Source of the DNA: a plasmid | DNA: 64,000 nt | Reading direction: 5' to 3' (one strand) | Sequence record: NZ_CP024444.1 | Part shown: piece by piece, positions 1-9,149 of the stretch | Position numbering within the stretch: the stretch's first letter is position 1 | How the letters are laid out: each line of letters opens with the position of its first letter | Notes under the pieces: model-generated | Seen by the model: only the letters and a program-made list of their open reading frames with translations | What the model was told of the DNA's origin: nothing | The model's database searches: none | Program-made: the position numbers and the translations under genes

Positions 1-10
1 TGATTATCTA

Positions 11-544
11 TTGAAGTTTTTGCGCTATGCATTAGTGTTTTTATCATTGGTGTGGGTTTTTTATGCCTTGTTAAATTTGTATGCATTAGCTTCAGCAAGT
101 AGCGGTGTACCAAACAAATTTTTCCCAACTCAAGCGCAGCCAACGACGGCTGGTGCTTTTGCCCAATTATTTGTCGCAGGTTTATTATTTACATTTGCTT
201 GGAATTTGCTACCGATGGCAATCATGAGTTCATCGGTAATGGATAGTATTGCAGGGGTTAAGGTTTACTCATTAGGTAGTTATGATACAACCAATCCAAA
301 TTCTGACGTGGTTCGTAAGTTGTCCTATGATTTACTTATCAAGGTTATGCAATTTATTGGATTTATGGGGATGTTTAAAGGCATACGCCTGTGGTACCAA
401 GTATCGCAAGGCACCAATAATGAGCCAAGCTGGAAAATTATGGGCTATTTATTTTGGGGAATGGTGGCATTTAATTTTGAATGGTTCTACTCATTGTTAA
501 CCAGCATTATGGGCTTTGACTTCTTAGGCTTGTTTATGCACTAG
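11..544 (+). CDS. Polytopic membrane protein, unknown function; TTG start at the window edge, so it may be 5'-partial.
   Basis: The ORF has several hydrophobic segments. It sits upstream of a pair of pilin-like genes in the transfer cluster. Confidence 0.4.
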   Translation: MKFLRYALVFLSLVWVFYALLNLYALASASSGVPNKFFPTQAQPTTAGAFAQLFVAGLLFTFAWNLLPMAIMSSSVMDSIAGVKVYSLGSYDTTNPNSDVVRKLSYDLLIKVMQFIGFMGMFKGIRLWYQVSQGTNNEPSWKIMGYLFWGMVAFNFEWFYSLLTSIMGFDFLGLFMH

Positions 545-796
545 CAATAAAATAAATATTTGTAACTGTAATGTGCTCGATAATATCAAATTTTGTCGAG
601 CATTAAATCAATGATGATAGACCCTAGATGCGCAGTAACAAATGGGCTTAGAGCTAAAAAAAGTTCAAAAAAAAGCCATTAAATTTGTGTTTAAATTGTT
701 TTTAATTAAATTTTAATGTGGTATTATCTTACCAAACGGTAACTTTGAGTACCAACCCAACCACCAGTCACTACTTCACAGGTGGTGAATAATTTT

Positions 797-815
797 TAGC
801 GAATAAGAGGCTTGT
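797..815 (+). promoter_or_regulatory. Copy of the conserved upstream motif TTTTTAGCGAATAAGAGG, ending 7 nt before the ATG at 816.
   Basis: The motif is seen directly in the sequence and recurs at ten or more gene starts across the window. Confidence 0.6.
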
Positions 816-1223
816 ATGAAAATTACAGACATTAAGCAGTCTATTAACGACAAAGTTTTAGCAGCATTCGTTCTACTCCCAGCAATTATTGCCACCATGC
901 CAGCCGAGGCTAGTACCTCGCTATCAGATGCCTACAGCGCAGACAAATCTAAAGCAGGCTCATTAACATCGTCAAACGGCGGTAATGCTGACGCAGGCTT
1001 AGGTATCGTCTATAAATTACTATCAGGTGTTTTCATCCTAGTGGGCTTATGGTTCATTGGTACTGGTTTCATGAAAGTTCGTAAAGCATCAAACAGTGAA
1101 GGTCGTGAAAGCCCTACAGGTGGTTGGGTTGCCGTTGTCATTGGCGGTGCCCTAGCGACATCATCTTACATTCTTTGGACCATGTCTAAAACAGTTGAAA
1201 ACGTTACTGGTGCTAGTTCATAA
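816..1223 (+). CDS. Small membrane protein that is VirB2/TrbC pilin-like or IcmC/IcmD (DotE/DotP)-like. It is the paralog of the ORF at 1323-1712.
   Basis: It has a signal peptide, two C-terminal hydrophobic helices separated by a basic loop, and a conserved SKTVE tail. Its position is consistent with a T4SS pilin/IcmD gene. Confidence 0.5.
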   Translation: MKITDIKQSINDKVLAAFVLLPAIIATMPAEASTSLSDAYSADKSKAGSLTSSNGGNADAGLGIVYKLLSGVFILVGLWFIGTGFMKVRKASNSEGRESPTGGWVAVVIGGALATSSYILWTMSKTVENVTGASS

Positions 1224-1252
1224 GAGTAAACGGTTAACACCTTGTCAACTCA

Positions 1253-1290
1253 AAAGCATCTATTCATTAAACTGGGTAGGTGCTTTTTTT
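1253..1290 (+). terminator. Rho-independent terminator (attenuator) after the first pilin-like gene.
   Basis: The hairpin has a gcatcta/taggtgc stem followed by a run of seven T. Confidence 0.55.
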
Positions 1291-1322
1291 AATTACAACA
1301 TAGAAATCTAATACAACCTACA

Positions 1323-1712
1323 ATGGGTGTTGAAATGTCTAATCTACAACAGCTAAAAAAACTGCCTGCCACATTAATTTCATTGCTGATCCTTTTTTAT
1401 GTATCACCAACCTTTGCCGCCCTTGATGCCCTACCTGATTCGCCACACCAAGATGCAACCATTCCCAAAGTAGCAGGACATTTTGATGAAACATTGGGTA
1501 TTGCTTATAAAACCTTTACGGGTTTTGCTGTGGTGGTAGGCTTAATCTTTATTTACGTTGGACTAAGCCGACTTAAAAAAATCAATAACGATGAAATCAG
1601 TGGTAGCGTGGCATCCTGTTTTTGGATATTGGGTATCGGTGGTGCGATGGCATCCTTGGGCGTCGTTTTATTTTCTATGTCTAAAACCGTTGAGTCGGGT
1701 ACGACAGGTTAA
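1323..1712 (+). CDS. Second pilin-like or IcmD-like small membrane protein, paralogous to the ORF at 816-1223.
   Basis: It has the same architecture: a signal peptide, two transmembrane helices and an SKTVESG tail. Confidence 0.5.
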   Translation: MGVEMSNLQQLKKLPATLISLLILFYVSPTFAALDALPDSPHQDATIPKVAGHFDETLGIAYKTFTGFAVVVGLIFIYVGLSRLKKINNDEISGSVASCFWILGIGGAMASLGVVLFSMSKTVESGTTG

Positions 1713-1738
1713 CACTGCCTCGCAAGGAAAATCATATT

Positions 1739-2716
1739 ATGAGTTACCTACCACATGGATTTGGCCGCCTACAGTTAAATGTTCACCGCCCTAACTGGCG
1801 CAATGAAATCAACCTCCATCGCACGCCAAAATATCTAAGTATTCTACATTCAGCTCGCCGAAATACCGCGCAAGCCGCCTGCCACTTTTGCGGTTACCCT
1901 GACGGTGAGTTTTTAGAAATTCACCATGTCAATGGCGATCATGATGATTATTCAGACGGCAATATCAAGTATGCCTGTTCATTGTGTCATCGATTACATC
2001 ATCTAGGGTGGGCTGGTATTAAGTCAAACGGCAAGCTCATTCATTTACCATCATGGCAAACCATAGGCCAACAGGGAAAAGCGCAGCATGAAGTCCATAG
2101 CCTTGAAGTGTTTAATATCATGCAACGCTTTGTCATTATGTCTAAGTTTTTAAGTCAAGACGAGCAAGAGCGTTTTCAGGCATCCGCGCTTATGGAAAGT
2201 ATTTCATCGTTGCTTGCCTGCTTTAAGCATGTTGACTTGCAAAGTGCCTATATCGCCAATAAATATCGCATTGCAAAAATCTTGCAAAATCAGCGCGAGA
2301 TTGAAACTAAAACGCCTGAAGAAAAGGCAGCGGCACTAAAAAAACAAAAAGAAGAGCGTTTAGCTGAACAGCTGCAAGATGATAGCGATGTATTTAATAC
2401 AGAAAAGCTCAACATCATTGATTTGGTCGACGCCTTATGTCAGGTGCATCAGCATCATTTACTAACGAGCCATGACCCAAAACAACCGTCGCCAACCGAC
2501 ACCTTTTTTGCCCAACAAACCACGGGTGAGTTTGGTCGTTTAACCCTATTCTATAATGAGTCAATCTTCGAGCCATTTGAGCCAAACCCTGCTTATTCTC
2601 TCGAAGAGCGTCTGCAAAGCTATCGTGATAGCAATATGTTTACCAAAGATGGGTTAACCAAAATATTGCATGTATCAAGACAAGGTCGGCAGGCAAGTCA
2701 TCAAGCAATCAGTTAG
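1739..2716 (+). CDS. Cys/His-rich zinc-ribbon protein, possibly DotN/IcmJ-like or TraT(R64)-like.
   Basis: It contains a CxxC...HH...CxxCH cluster in CHFCGYPDGEFLEIHHVNGDHDDYSDGNIKYACSLCHRLHH. Its position, after two small membrane proteins and before the large ATPase, matches the icmC-icmD-icmJ-icmB gene order. Confidence 0.35.
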   Translation: MSYLPHGFGRLQLNVHRPNWRNEINLHRTPKYLSILHSARRNTAQAACHFCGYPDGEFLEIHHVNGDHDDYSDGNIKYACSLCHRLHHLGWAGIKSNGKLIHLPSWQTIGQQGKAQHEVHSLEVFNIMQRFVIMSKFLSQDEQERFQASALMESISSLLACFKHVDLQSAYIANKYRIAKILQNQREIETKTPEEKAAALKKQKEERLAEQLQDDSDVFNTEKLNIIDLVDALCQVHQHHLLTSHDPKQPSPTDTFFAQQTTGEFGRLTLFYNESIFEPFEPNPAYSLEERLQSYRDSNMFTKDGLTKILHVSRQGRQASHQAIS

Positions 2717-4155
2717 TGGCGATGTCAGTGAGTGAATTAACCCGTCAGGCGATATTTGAGTTTTTTAACCCAACTGGTCAACCTTTAACAGCCTTTGACC
2801 AATTTAAAGCTGACTATGCTTGGTGTTTTGATGTAGATATCGAAAATAGCCCACAGTTACCTTTTATTCAAGCATGGTGTAATAGCGACTTGGAACGGGT
2901 AACTGCGGCTAATTTTTTTCATCAGCCGCCAGCGGTCAAAGACTTGCCGTGTTTTGCCACCAAAGACAAAACCCTAACCTTATTAAGCACCCGTTCGGTA
3001 TGGGGACCTATGGTGTCCCGTGCTGAAAGTGTGCCGAGTTTTCTACCTGTGCCACCGCCTGCCCAATTAAACCTAGCTTATCATGAGCAGTTATTAGGGT
3101 ATGTGGTGCATCTACCTATGCGCTTGTCATCCCATCAGCAAGGTTGGTTGTCTTTGGTCAATCCCCCCATGTTATTGGAACAAGGAAAACCTTATTTTTT
3201 ATTCACCGCCAATGAGTATGAGTTCTTAAAGCGCATGCGTATACTGACATCCGCGCATGCCTGCCTGCCTATCAGTATGTTTGCGCTATCAGGTAGTTAT
3301 CTAGCCGGGCAATTAAATAAGTATCTACCCACACCATCACGCAATCAATACGCTGGTAACCCTGAATTACTAGCTATCGCCCAAGCCATATATCTACATA
3401 CTTTTTCTGCCCAATCACCGATAAACGTCAATGACGAGCAGGGCACCCATGGCATTCAGCATCTAGCCAGCTACCAAACCTTGCTGAATTTTTATCGCCA
3501 TTTGGCCAATCGAGAAGAGCGATTGCATCAGCTCATGGCATTAACCTATGGCTTGATTGCCACTAAACCGAGTAAATATAACAATCAGCCAAACCTAATT
3601 AGTCCTGAATGGTTTACTTTTAATGTATTGGCAAATGCAGACAAAGAACAGGCTAGACGCGAGCGCAAAGCCCATAATGGTTTGGGTTATTACCTTGTTA
3701 GTCGTTCAAACAAGGGTTTGGCTATTAACCTTGCGGCTTTGGCTGTCTGCGGCATTATCACCGATGAAGAGAAGATAACCGCCAAAGATGATGAGGCAAC
3801 CTCACCTGTCAAATCTCGTTCCAAGGCTAAAAAATCAACCAAGCCTGTCGAAAATAATGGCTTAGAATTGCTATTTGATGCCATCGAAAATGCCTTTGTT
3901 GTTGAAGCGGATAATGAATTAAGTGAGATCAAAGACATTTTATTGGAACCGGAAAACTATTTAGCCTTAAAACCACAGTTGATGCGACATTCAACATTAA
4001 TGCTTTCAATCCTTGAAGCCTGTATGTTTTCCGAACAAAGTGACGACAGCTCGTCACAACAACAGCAGGAACAAGAAAAACCACAGGTTCAAGACACAGG
4101 CGATGACAGCCAGTCTAACGCTATCGAAGACAAGAAGGTGCATCAAGAAGGTTAA
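2716..4155 (+). CDS. Hypothetical soluble protein with an acidic Gln-rich C-terminus.
   Basis: It is a long ORF with codon usage consistent with its neighbours, but no recognisable motif. Confidence 0.4.
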   Translation: MAMSVSELTRQAIFEFFNPTGQPLTAFDQFKADYAWCFDVDIENSPQLPFIQAWCNSDLERVTAANFFHQPPAVKDLPCFATKDKTLTLLSTRSVWGPMVSRAESVPSFLPVPPPAQLNLAYHEQLLGYVVHLPMRLSSHQQGWLSLVNPPMLLEQGKPYFLFTANEYEFLKRMRILTSAHACLPISMFALSGSYLAGQLNKYLPTPSRNQYAGNPELLAIAQAIYLHTFSAQSPINVNDEQGTHGIQHLASYQTLLNFYRHLANREERLHQLMALTYGLIATKPSKYNNQPNLISPEWFTFNVLANADKEQARRERKAHNGLGYYLVSRSNKGLAINLAALAVCGIITDEEKITAKDDEATSPVKSRSKAKKSTKPVENNGLELLFDAIENAFVVEADNELSEIKDILLEPENYLALKPQLMRHSTLMLSILEACMFSEQSDDSSSQQQQEQEKPQVQDTGDDSQSNAIEDKKVHQEG

Positions 4156-4176
4156 CCAGCTCACGTCTTTATCCCT

Positions 4177-5592
4177 TTGATGCATTTTGCAAAAACGAAA
4201 CAGGATTTTCATACCATGCCAAACCACCCACTGACAGTTAAACCCTTAGCCTTAGCAACCCTTTTCTTAGCAAGCTTACCTATCTCTGCTTTTGCTTGCG
4301 GTGTAACTGATAAGCCACCCGTCAAAAAAATTCCCTCAAACTATATTGCCGCCAGCAATAATCAATGCTTAATTTATAAATTTCTTCAAGATGATGCTGT
4401 TAAAAGCGTTACATGGACAGGTGAGTGTAAAGACGGCTATGCATCCGGTCATGGTATCGCTACTTGGTTCGATGGTGAAAACAAACCAATACTTCGTGTC
4501 GATACAGAACTCGACCACGGTGATATGAATAAGAAAGCGATAATGGATTGGGAACAAGAAAACGGCTGTGAATATAAACACATGGAAACCGATATGCGTG
4601 ATAACAAACAACGGGGGCATGCGGTTATTGAGTTTACCGATGGTAATAAGTATGTTGGTGAATCAAATGACCCTAATGTACCCAATAAAGGTGTTTTTAC
4701 TTGGGGGAAAGGTAGCCAATGGTCGGGTGATCGATATGAAGGGCAGTTTTTGAATGGTATACGGGATGGGTATGGTGTATATACGTCAGGCATCTATACC
4801 GATTGGGTTAACCAAGGCATTGACTTTAAAACCGCAAAATTTAACAACCCAACTGATTTTGATGATTACGAAGGGTTTCGCTATGAAGGTCAATGGAAAG
4901 CCGGTAACAAAGACGGTAAAGGTAAATTTTATAGTAAAGATTTTAATTATGAAGGCGATTGGGTGGATGACCAAAAAAATGGCAACGGTGTGGGCTACTG
5001 GCCTGGAAAAAAGGCAACTTATGAAGGGCAATGGAAAAATGACCAGCCTAATGGAAAAGGCAAGCTGACCACTGAAGAATTACGCTATGAGGGTGATTTT
5101 ATAGATGGCAACCGACATGGCCATGGCGTTTATTACTTGTACAAAGAGAATTCAAAATATGAAGGGGAATGGAAAGACGATCAAACCAATGGGAAAGGTA
5201 TGCTTACCCGTAATGATGACAAATGGTACCAATGGTACCAAGGGGACTTTCAGCATAGTAAAATTTCAGGGAAGGGTGAGCTGCATCTTGCAAGTGGTAC
5301 CGTAGCCGTAGGTAGTTTTATTGGTGGTTATGTGTGGGGCTTTAACACCGTCACTGTCCCAAAACCTGCCTATGATAACCCTAAAGCAAAACGTACTCCA
5401 AGTCTTGGTAAGTGGGTAGACCCAAACACCTATGTTGAACAAGGTTGGTTTTTTAATGATAAATTAGTCTTTAACTGTAAAAGCGAGCAAGATTGCTATA
5501 AGATTGCCAAAACCGATCCTGTTAAAAACAAATTCATTAAAGACACCGAGAAAAAAAGAGAATACTTTGAATTAAATTCAACGCTCGATTAA
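4177..5592 (+). CDS. MORN-repeat lipoprotein; the start is probably at 4216.
   Basis: It has a lipobox LPISAFAC-G and repeated YEGQWKNDQPNGKGK / YEGEWKDDQTNGKG MORN-type units. Confidence 0.55.
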   Translation: MMHFAKTKQDFHTMPNHPLTVKPLALATLFLASLPISAFACGVTDKPPVKKIPSNYIAASNNQCLIYKFLQDDAVKSVTWTGECKDGYASGHGIATWFDGENKPILRVDTELDHGDMNKKAIMDWEQENGCEYKHMETDMRDNKQRGHAVIEFTDGNKYVGESNDPNVPNKGVFTWGKGSQWSGDRYEGQFLNGIRDGYGVYTSGIYTDWVNQGIDFKTAKFNNPTDFDDYEGFRYEGQWKAGNKDGKGKFYSKDFNYEGDWVDDQKNGNGVGYWPGKKATYEGQWKNDQPNGKGKLTTEELRYEGDFIDGNRHGHGVYYLYKENSKYEGEWKDDQTNGKGMLTRNDDKWYQWYQGDFQHSKISGKGELHLASGTVAVGSFIGGYVWGFNTVTVPKPAYDNPKAKRTPSLGKWVDPNTYVEQGWFFNDKLVFNCKSEQDCYKIAKTDPVKNKFIKDTEKKREYFELNSTLD

Positions 5593-5616
5593 ATACACCC
5601 ATTACAATCAATAAAA

Positions 5617-5643
5617 CAAAACAGGCTTAATAGCCTGTTTTTT
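5617..5643. terminator. Bidirectional rho-independent terminator between two convergent genes.
   Basis: The hairpin aaacaggct-taat-agcctgttt is followed by a run of T. Confidence 0.6.
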
Positions 5644-5669
5644 CGTACAGTTACTCGGGTAATGGTGGG

Positions 5670-7259
5670 CTAAAATGGCGACATGGTCATTTCATTTTGT
5701 TGTGCCATCGTTGGGGCAGGGGTTGGTGGTTCAGGCTCATTGACCAAGGTGTTGCGACCTTTTGGCGAGATTAAATCCAAGTCTTCTTGCGAATAGAACT
5801 CACGAATTGGTACATAGCTAAGTTTGCCAAAATTCGCATCAAGGCTATCAAGCATGGCTTGGGTTTCAAAATTCTTCACTTGAGGGTCGTCGGTCAAGCT
5901 TACGATGGTTTGGCGTGTCGATTTGCGCCACAAGTCTTTGATACTATCATCCCCTGACGTCAACCCTTTTTCTGCAATTAACTTTTCGACCAAACCACCA
6001 GCGTTGATGCCAGGATAGTCACTGATTAATTTAAACTCATAATCATCAGATAGGGGCTTACCGCCTTGGCTTGCGGCAATTTCTTGCATAAAGTTTTCAT
6101 AAGACCCAGCGTATTTAGGCTCAAACATTTTAAATTCATTGCCATTTTTATGGTCAAGCACGGCAATTTTGGCATCTAAATCCCAAAAGATGTTACGTTT
6201 TTCGTGATTAGGATGAATGACATTGTATTCACTCAATACCTCACGGGCTTGATCGACACGCTCACTGATATCATCAAACGCATTCCACACTTGCTCGCTA
6301 TGTTCAATGCTCACTTGGTATTGCGATTTACCTGTCGTTTGACTAATGTGTTCAACTAAGTGCTTATGAAAGGTGTTATCATCAAAAGCCAGTTCTTTGG
6401 CAAAATAAGTATTTAGGTCAGCCGATGTATTAAGATTTAGCTCGCCAATCTTTACCTTGCCCAATTCATCATGGTCAACGTTCACATCAAATTGCACTTT
6501 TGGTGGGTGCGTCGCATCATTTTCATGATGACGAGTGAAGGCTGCGCTAACTTGCTGCATGCCGATAAACTGTTTGGCAAAATCTTCACCAAGTTTAGCT
6601 TTGGGGTCGCTTATGCCATCGCTAATGATTTTACTAAATTTGTCACTCACAATGTCTGCCGCTTGCTGCGCATCGATGCCATAGTCTTCAGTTTTATCCG
6701 CTAGATGACGAGCCGCGATAATCGACGTGGTAACCTCACTTTCTTCAAAATAATCACGCAACTGGCTTACCAGCTTTTCACCTTCGGCACCAGCCCCGAT
6801 TTTATCTAACGTTTCACGAATTTCTTCGCCTATATCATGGGTCGTGACTTCCCAATTACCGCCGTTATTACGAAACGTCTGCTCGATAAAGCGTCCTTCA
6901 TCAAAGTTCAGCATGTCAATCTTGGTTTCTTCAACCCCGTTAACCACCGTGCGCTTAATCTCAATCCCGTATTCTTCCAACACTTCATTAGGAATATTTT
7001 CAATGGTAATTTGCTTATCTTGGTTTGGCGTGGTGGTGGTAATTTGATTGCCATCTAAGGTGAAATGGGGGTTATTGCTGACCAAATCTGCGGTATAAAA
7101 CGCCTTATTGTCATTATTGATGACGATGACTTGGTCAGGTTCTAGGTATTTTAGGTTATCAAACGTATTGCTACTTTGCTCGGGGTCAACTTTGTAGTCT
7201 TTACCGTCTTTACCTCGGACAATATCGGCAGTTACGCCATAAGAAAAGTTTTGTGGCAT
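5670..7259 (-). CDS. Hypothetical acidic 529-aa protein. It is the only minus-strand gene that carries the TTTTTAGCGAA upstream motif.
   Basis: It is a long ORF. The reverse-complemented motif lies at 7278-7294, directly upstream of its ATG. Confidence 0.45.
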   Translation of the reverse strand: MPQNFSYGVTADIVRGKDGKDYKVDPEQSSNTFDNLKYLEPDQVIVINNDNKAFYTADLVSNNPHFTLDGNQITTTTPNQDKQITIENIPNEVLEEYGIEIKRTVVNGVEETKIDMLNFDEGRFIEQTFRNNGGNWEVTTHDIGEEIRETLDKIGAGAEGEKLVSQLRDYFEESEVTTSIIAARHLADKTEDYGIDAQQAADIVSDKFSKIISDGISDPKAKLGEDFAKQFIGMQQVSAAFTRHHENDATHPPKVQFDVNVDHDELGKVKIGELNLNTSADLNTYFAKELAFDDNTFHKHLVEHISQTTGKSQYQVSIEHSEQVWNAFDDISERVDQAREVLSEYNVIHPNHEKRNIFWDLDAKIAVLDHKNGNEFKMFEPKYAGSYENFMQEIAASQGGKPLSDDYEFKLISDYPGINAGGLVEKLIAEKGLTSGDDSIKDLWRKSTRQTIVSLTDDPQVKNFETQAMLDSLDANFGKLSYVPIREFYSQEDLDLISPKGRNTLVNEPEPPTPAPTMAQQNEMTMSPF

Positions 7260-7277
7260 GGGAATATCCTATCATGG

Positions 7278-7294
7278 TTCGCTAAAAATTAATT
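7278..7294 (-). promoter_or_regulatory. Conserved upstream motif (TTAATTTTTAGCGAACC) preceding the minus-strand gene.
   Basis: The sequence, read as a reverse complement, matches the recurring motif. Confidence 0.55.
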
Positions 7295-7349
7295 ACCCGA
7301 TAAAGGGTGATTAAATATTAGCATACTCACATGCGCTTAACTATGAAGT

Positions 7350-7757
7350 TTACAATTGGCTTATTGTCCTGGCATTCAACATTTCGCATGGATTTTTTAG
7401 GCAAGTGGGGTCGACACTATAGGCAGCATAGCTTGCTGACCAAAACACCCCTTCATCCACAGATAGCATGCCACTCGCCTCGCGTTTTAATGCCTTTGTC
7501 GATGCACTTTTGAAGCGATTGACCAGTGATGAAACACTGATAGTCGCAGGATAACGCACAATAAAATTAATGCAATGTGGCTCATACTCAAATATTATGA
7601 GCTGACCGCCGTTTAAATCGCATACCCTAAATATAGCCTCTTTGATGATAGCTTGTGTTGTATCATCAAGTTTATGGGCATCATTTAAAATATAGAACAC
7701 TAAATATGTATAAAGGTATGAAACCACGAAGCGACGGTCTTTAAATCCCCTTGACAT
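7350..7757 (-). CDS. IS200/IS605-family TnpA-like (Y1 HUH transposase) homolog with a degenerate HUH motif.
   Basis: The stretch IIFEYEPHCINFIVRYPATISVSSLVNRFKSASTKALKRE aligns to the IS200 TnpA core EVMPDHVHLLVEIPPKLSVSQFMGYLKGKSS, but the second His of HUH is replaced (HCI). A candidate catalytic Tyr is retained in WSASYAAYS. There is no adjacent tnpB. Confidence 0.45.
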   Translation of the reverse strand: MSRGFKDRRFVVSYLYTYLVFYILNDAHKLDDTTQAIIKEAIFRVCDLNGGQLIIFEYEPHCINFIVRYPATISVSSLVNRFKSASTKALKREASGMLSVDEGVFWSASYAAYSVDPTCLKNPCEMLNARTISQL

Positions 7758-7867
7758 ATCATTAGACCTATTTATAATTTGAAAGCAATGTTTATTCTAA
7801 TCTTATCATTAATACAATAAACATCCTACAAGCAAACTTGACTACGGGTGTTCACGTCAGTCATTTT

Positions 7868-7888
7868 TAATTTTTAGCGAATATTAAC
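7868..7888 (+). promoter_or_regulatory. Motif copy TAATTTTTAGCGAATATTAAC, located 155 bp upstream of the nuc-like gene.
   Basis: The sequence matches the recurring motif. Its distance to the start codon is longer than at the other sites. Confidence 0.4.
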
Positions 7889-8042
7889 TTTAGTTGGACA
7901 TTGTCAATAACTTGACAAAAATATAAGATAATTTAACACACTTGTTGATAAATACGTTAAACTGTCTTAACTAACTATATACCAATTGGTTAGCATAAAA
8001 GTTAATGTTAAGTTCTTAACCAACCACCTTATGCGAAACTTT

Positions 8043-9080
8043 ATGAAAAAATCTGCATTGGTTTTTGTGAGTTTATTGGCTGGCGTGTCGATGACGGCAT
8101 GTAGTTCAAACAACCAATCTAAACAAGCAAAAGCCGCATCTGCGCCAGCCGCTACCGATGTACATGAAGCACAAGATACATGGGTCGCAAACGCTATCGT
8201 TGACCCACAATTCAAACTCACCCAAGAATATCAAAAATACGTCAGCAATCCCAATTACACACCCATGCTACAAAACATACCACATTTGATTGGTATGACA
8301 TCTTCAGAGCAATCCGCTTTACTTGCACAAAACCAAAGTGTTTTAAATATCAATAATATTGATTATATGTTTACCGCTGATACCTTGATACTACAACCAC
8401 AAGGGTTATTGAGCTCTAATATCAAATCAAATTTTGCCTTGCCACCCGGCAATTTAAAACTACGCCTATTGGATATTGATTGCCCAGCGCATGACCAATA
8501 TGGCGATAAAGAGGCACAAGCGCAGCTAAAAACCTTAATTGATTTTGCAAAATTGCCTGTACCAACACCGCGCATCGAATTTTACTTTAATAATGCCGAC
8601 TCGTCGGGTCGTCTGCTTGGCTATTTAACCGTCTTATATAGTAATGGCTTGCGTATTAACTTAAATAGAAGTTTGGTGGCCAGTGGTCAGTGCTTTAATC
8701 ATGTTGAAGGCAATCAAGACCCTATGATGTCGTTTATCCAAAACATGGCTAAAGCATCACAAACAGGGATATGGGCGCAAGAACAAACCTTGCGTAAACA
8801 AAATAAGTGGGTCATGCCAGCCGATTATAGAAAGGTGCATCCCGATCCAACCAATATTGATATCCCAGCAGGCATAGTCAGCAATCAACCAATAGTAGGT
8901 CTTGCATCGGCAACCGCAGGCACGGTGATGCCGACTGCATCAACGCCCATTGCGACCACCACAACCAACAATAAAACTGTCACCGTTACCACTAACCCGA
9001 CAACAGGTAGCACCAATCAAGTGGTAACAACGACCAATAGTACCGTAGTAAAACAACCAGCTGCACCAACAGTTAAGTAA
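8043..9080 (+). CDS. nuc: Thermonuclease (SNase/Nuc)-family lipoprotein with a Thr-rich low-complexity C-terminal tail.
   Basis: It has a lipobox LLAGVSMTAC. LRLLDIDCPAHDQYG and GRLLGYLTV...LVASGQCF match the SNase motifs vRL.GIDaPE and ygR.lA.v...lv..G.A. The nuc genes of IncI1 and IncN plasmids provide a precedent. Confidence 0.6.
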   Translation: MKKSALVFVSLLAGVSMTACSSNNQSKQAKAASAPAATDVHEAQDTWVANAIVDPQFKLTQEYQKYVSNPNYTPMLQNIPHLIGMTSSEQSALLAQNQSVLNINNIDYMFTADTLILQPQGLLSSNIKSNFALPPGNLKLRLLDIDCPAHDQYGDKEAQAQLKTLIDFAKLPVPTPRIEFYFNNADSSGRLLGYLTVLYSNGLRINLNRSLVASGQCFNHVEGNQDPMMSFIQNMAKASQTGIWAQEQTLRKQNKWVMPADYRKVHPDPTNIDIPAGIVSNQPIVGLASATAGTVMPTASTPIATTTTNNKTVTVTTNPTTGSTNQVVTTTNSTVVKQPAAPTVK

Positions 9081-9120
9081 AAAATCTGTCGTTTATCGAC
9101 AGTCTATTGTTTGAAATAGA

Positions 9121-9144
9121 AATTAATTATTAGCGAATAAGAGG
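9121..9144 (+). promoter_or_regulatory. Motif copy AATTAATTATTAGCGAATAAGAGG, ending 5 nt before the ATG at 9150.
   Basis: The sequence matches the recurring motif. Confidence 0.6.
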
Positions 9145-9149
9145 TTTGA

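Noticed and set aside
4369-5305. Several antisense or alternative-frame ORFs (4369-4620, 4449-4793, 4754-5068, 4786-5031, 5105-5305) inside the MORN lipoprotein gene.
   Set aside because: They are nested within a well-supported repeat-protein gene. Codon periodicity follows the MORN frame.
8981-9080. Thr-rich tract at the Nuc C-terminus considered as a tandem repeat or independent feature.
   Set aside because: It is low-complexity protein tail (TTTTNNKTVTVTTNPTTG), in frame with the nuclease. It is not a DNA-level repeat element.
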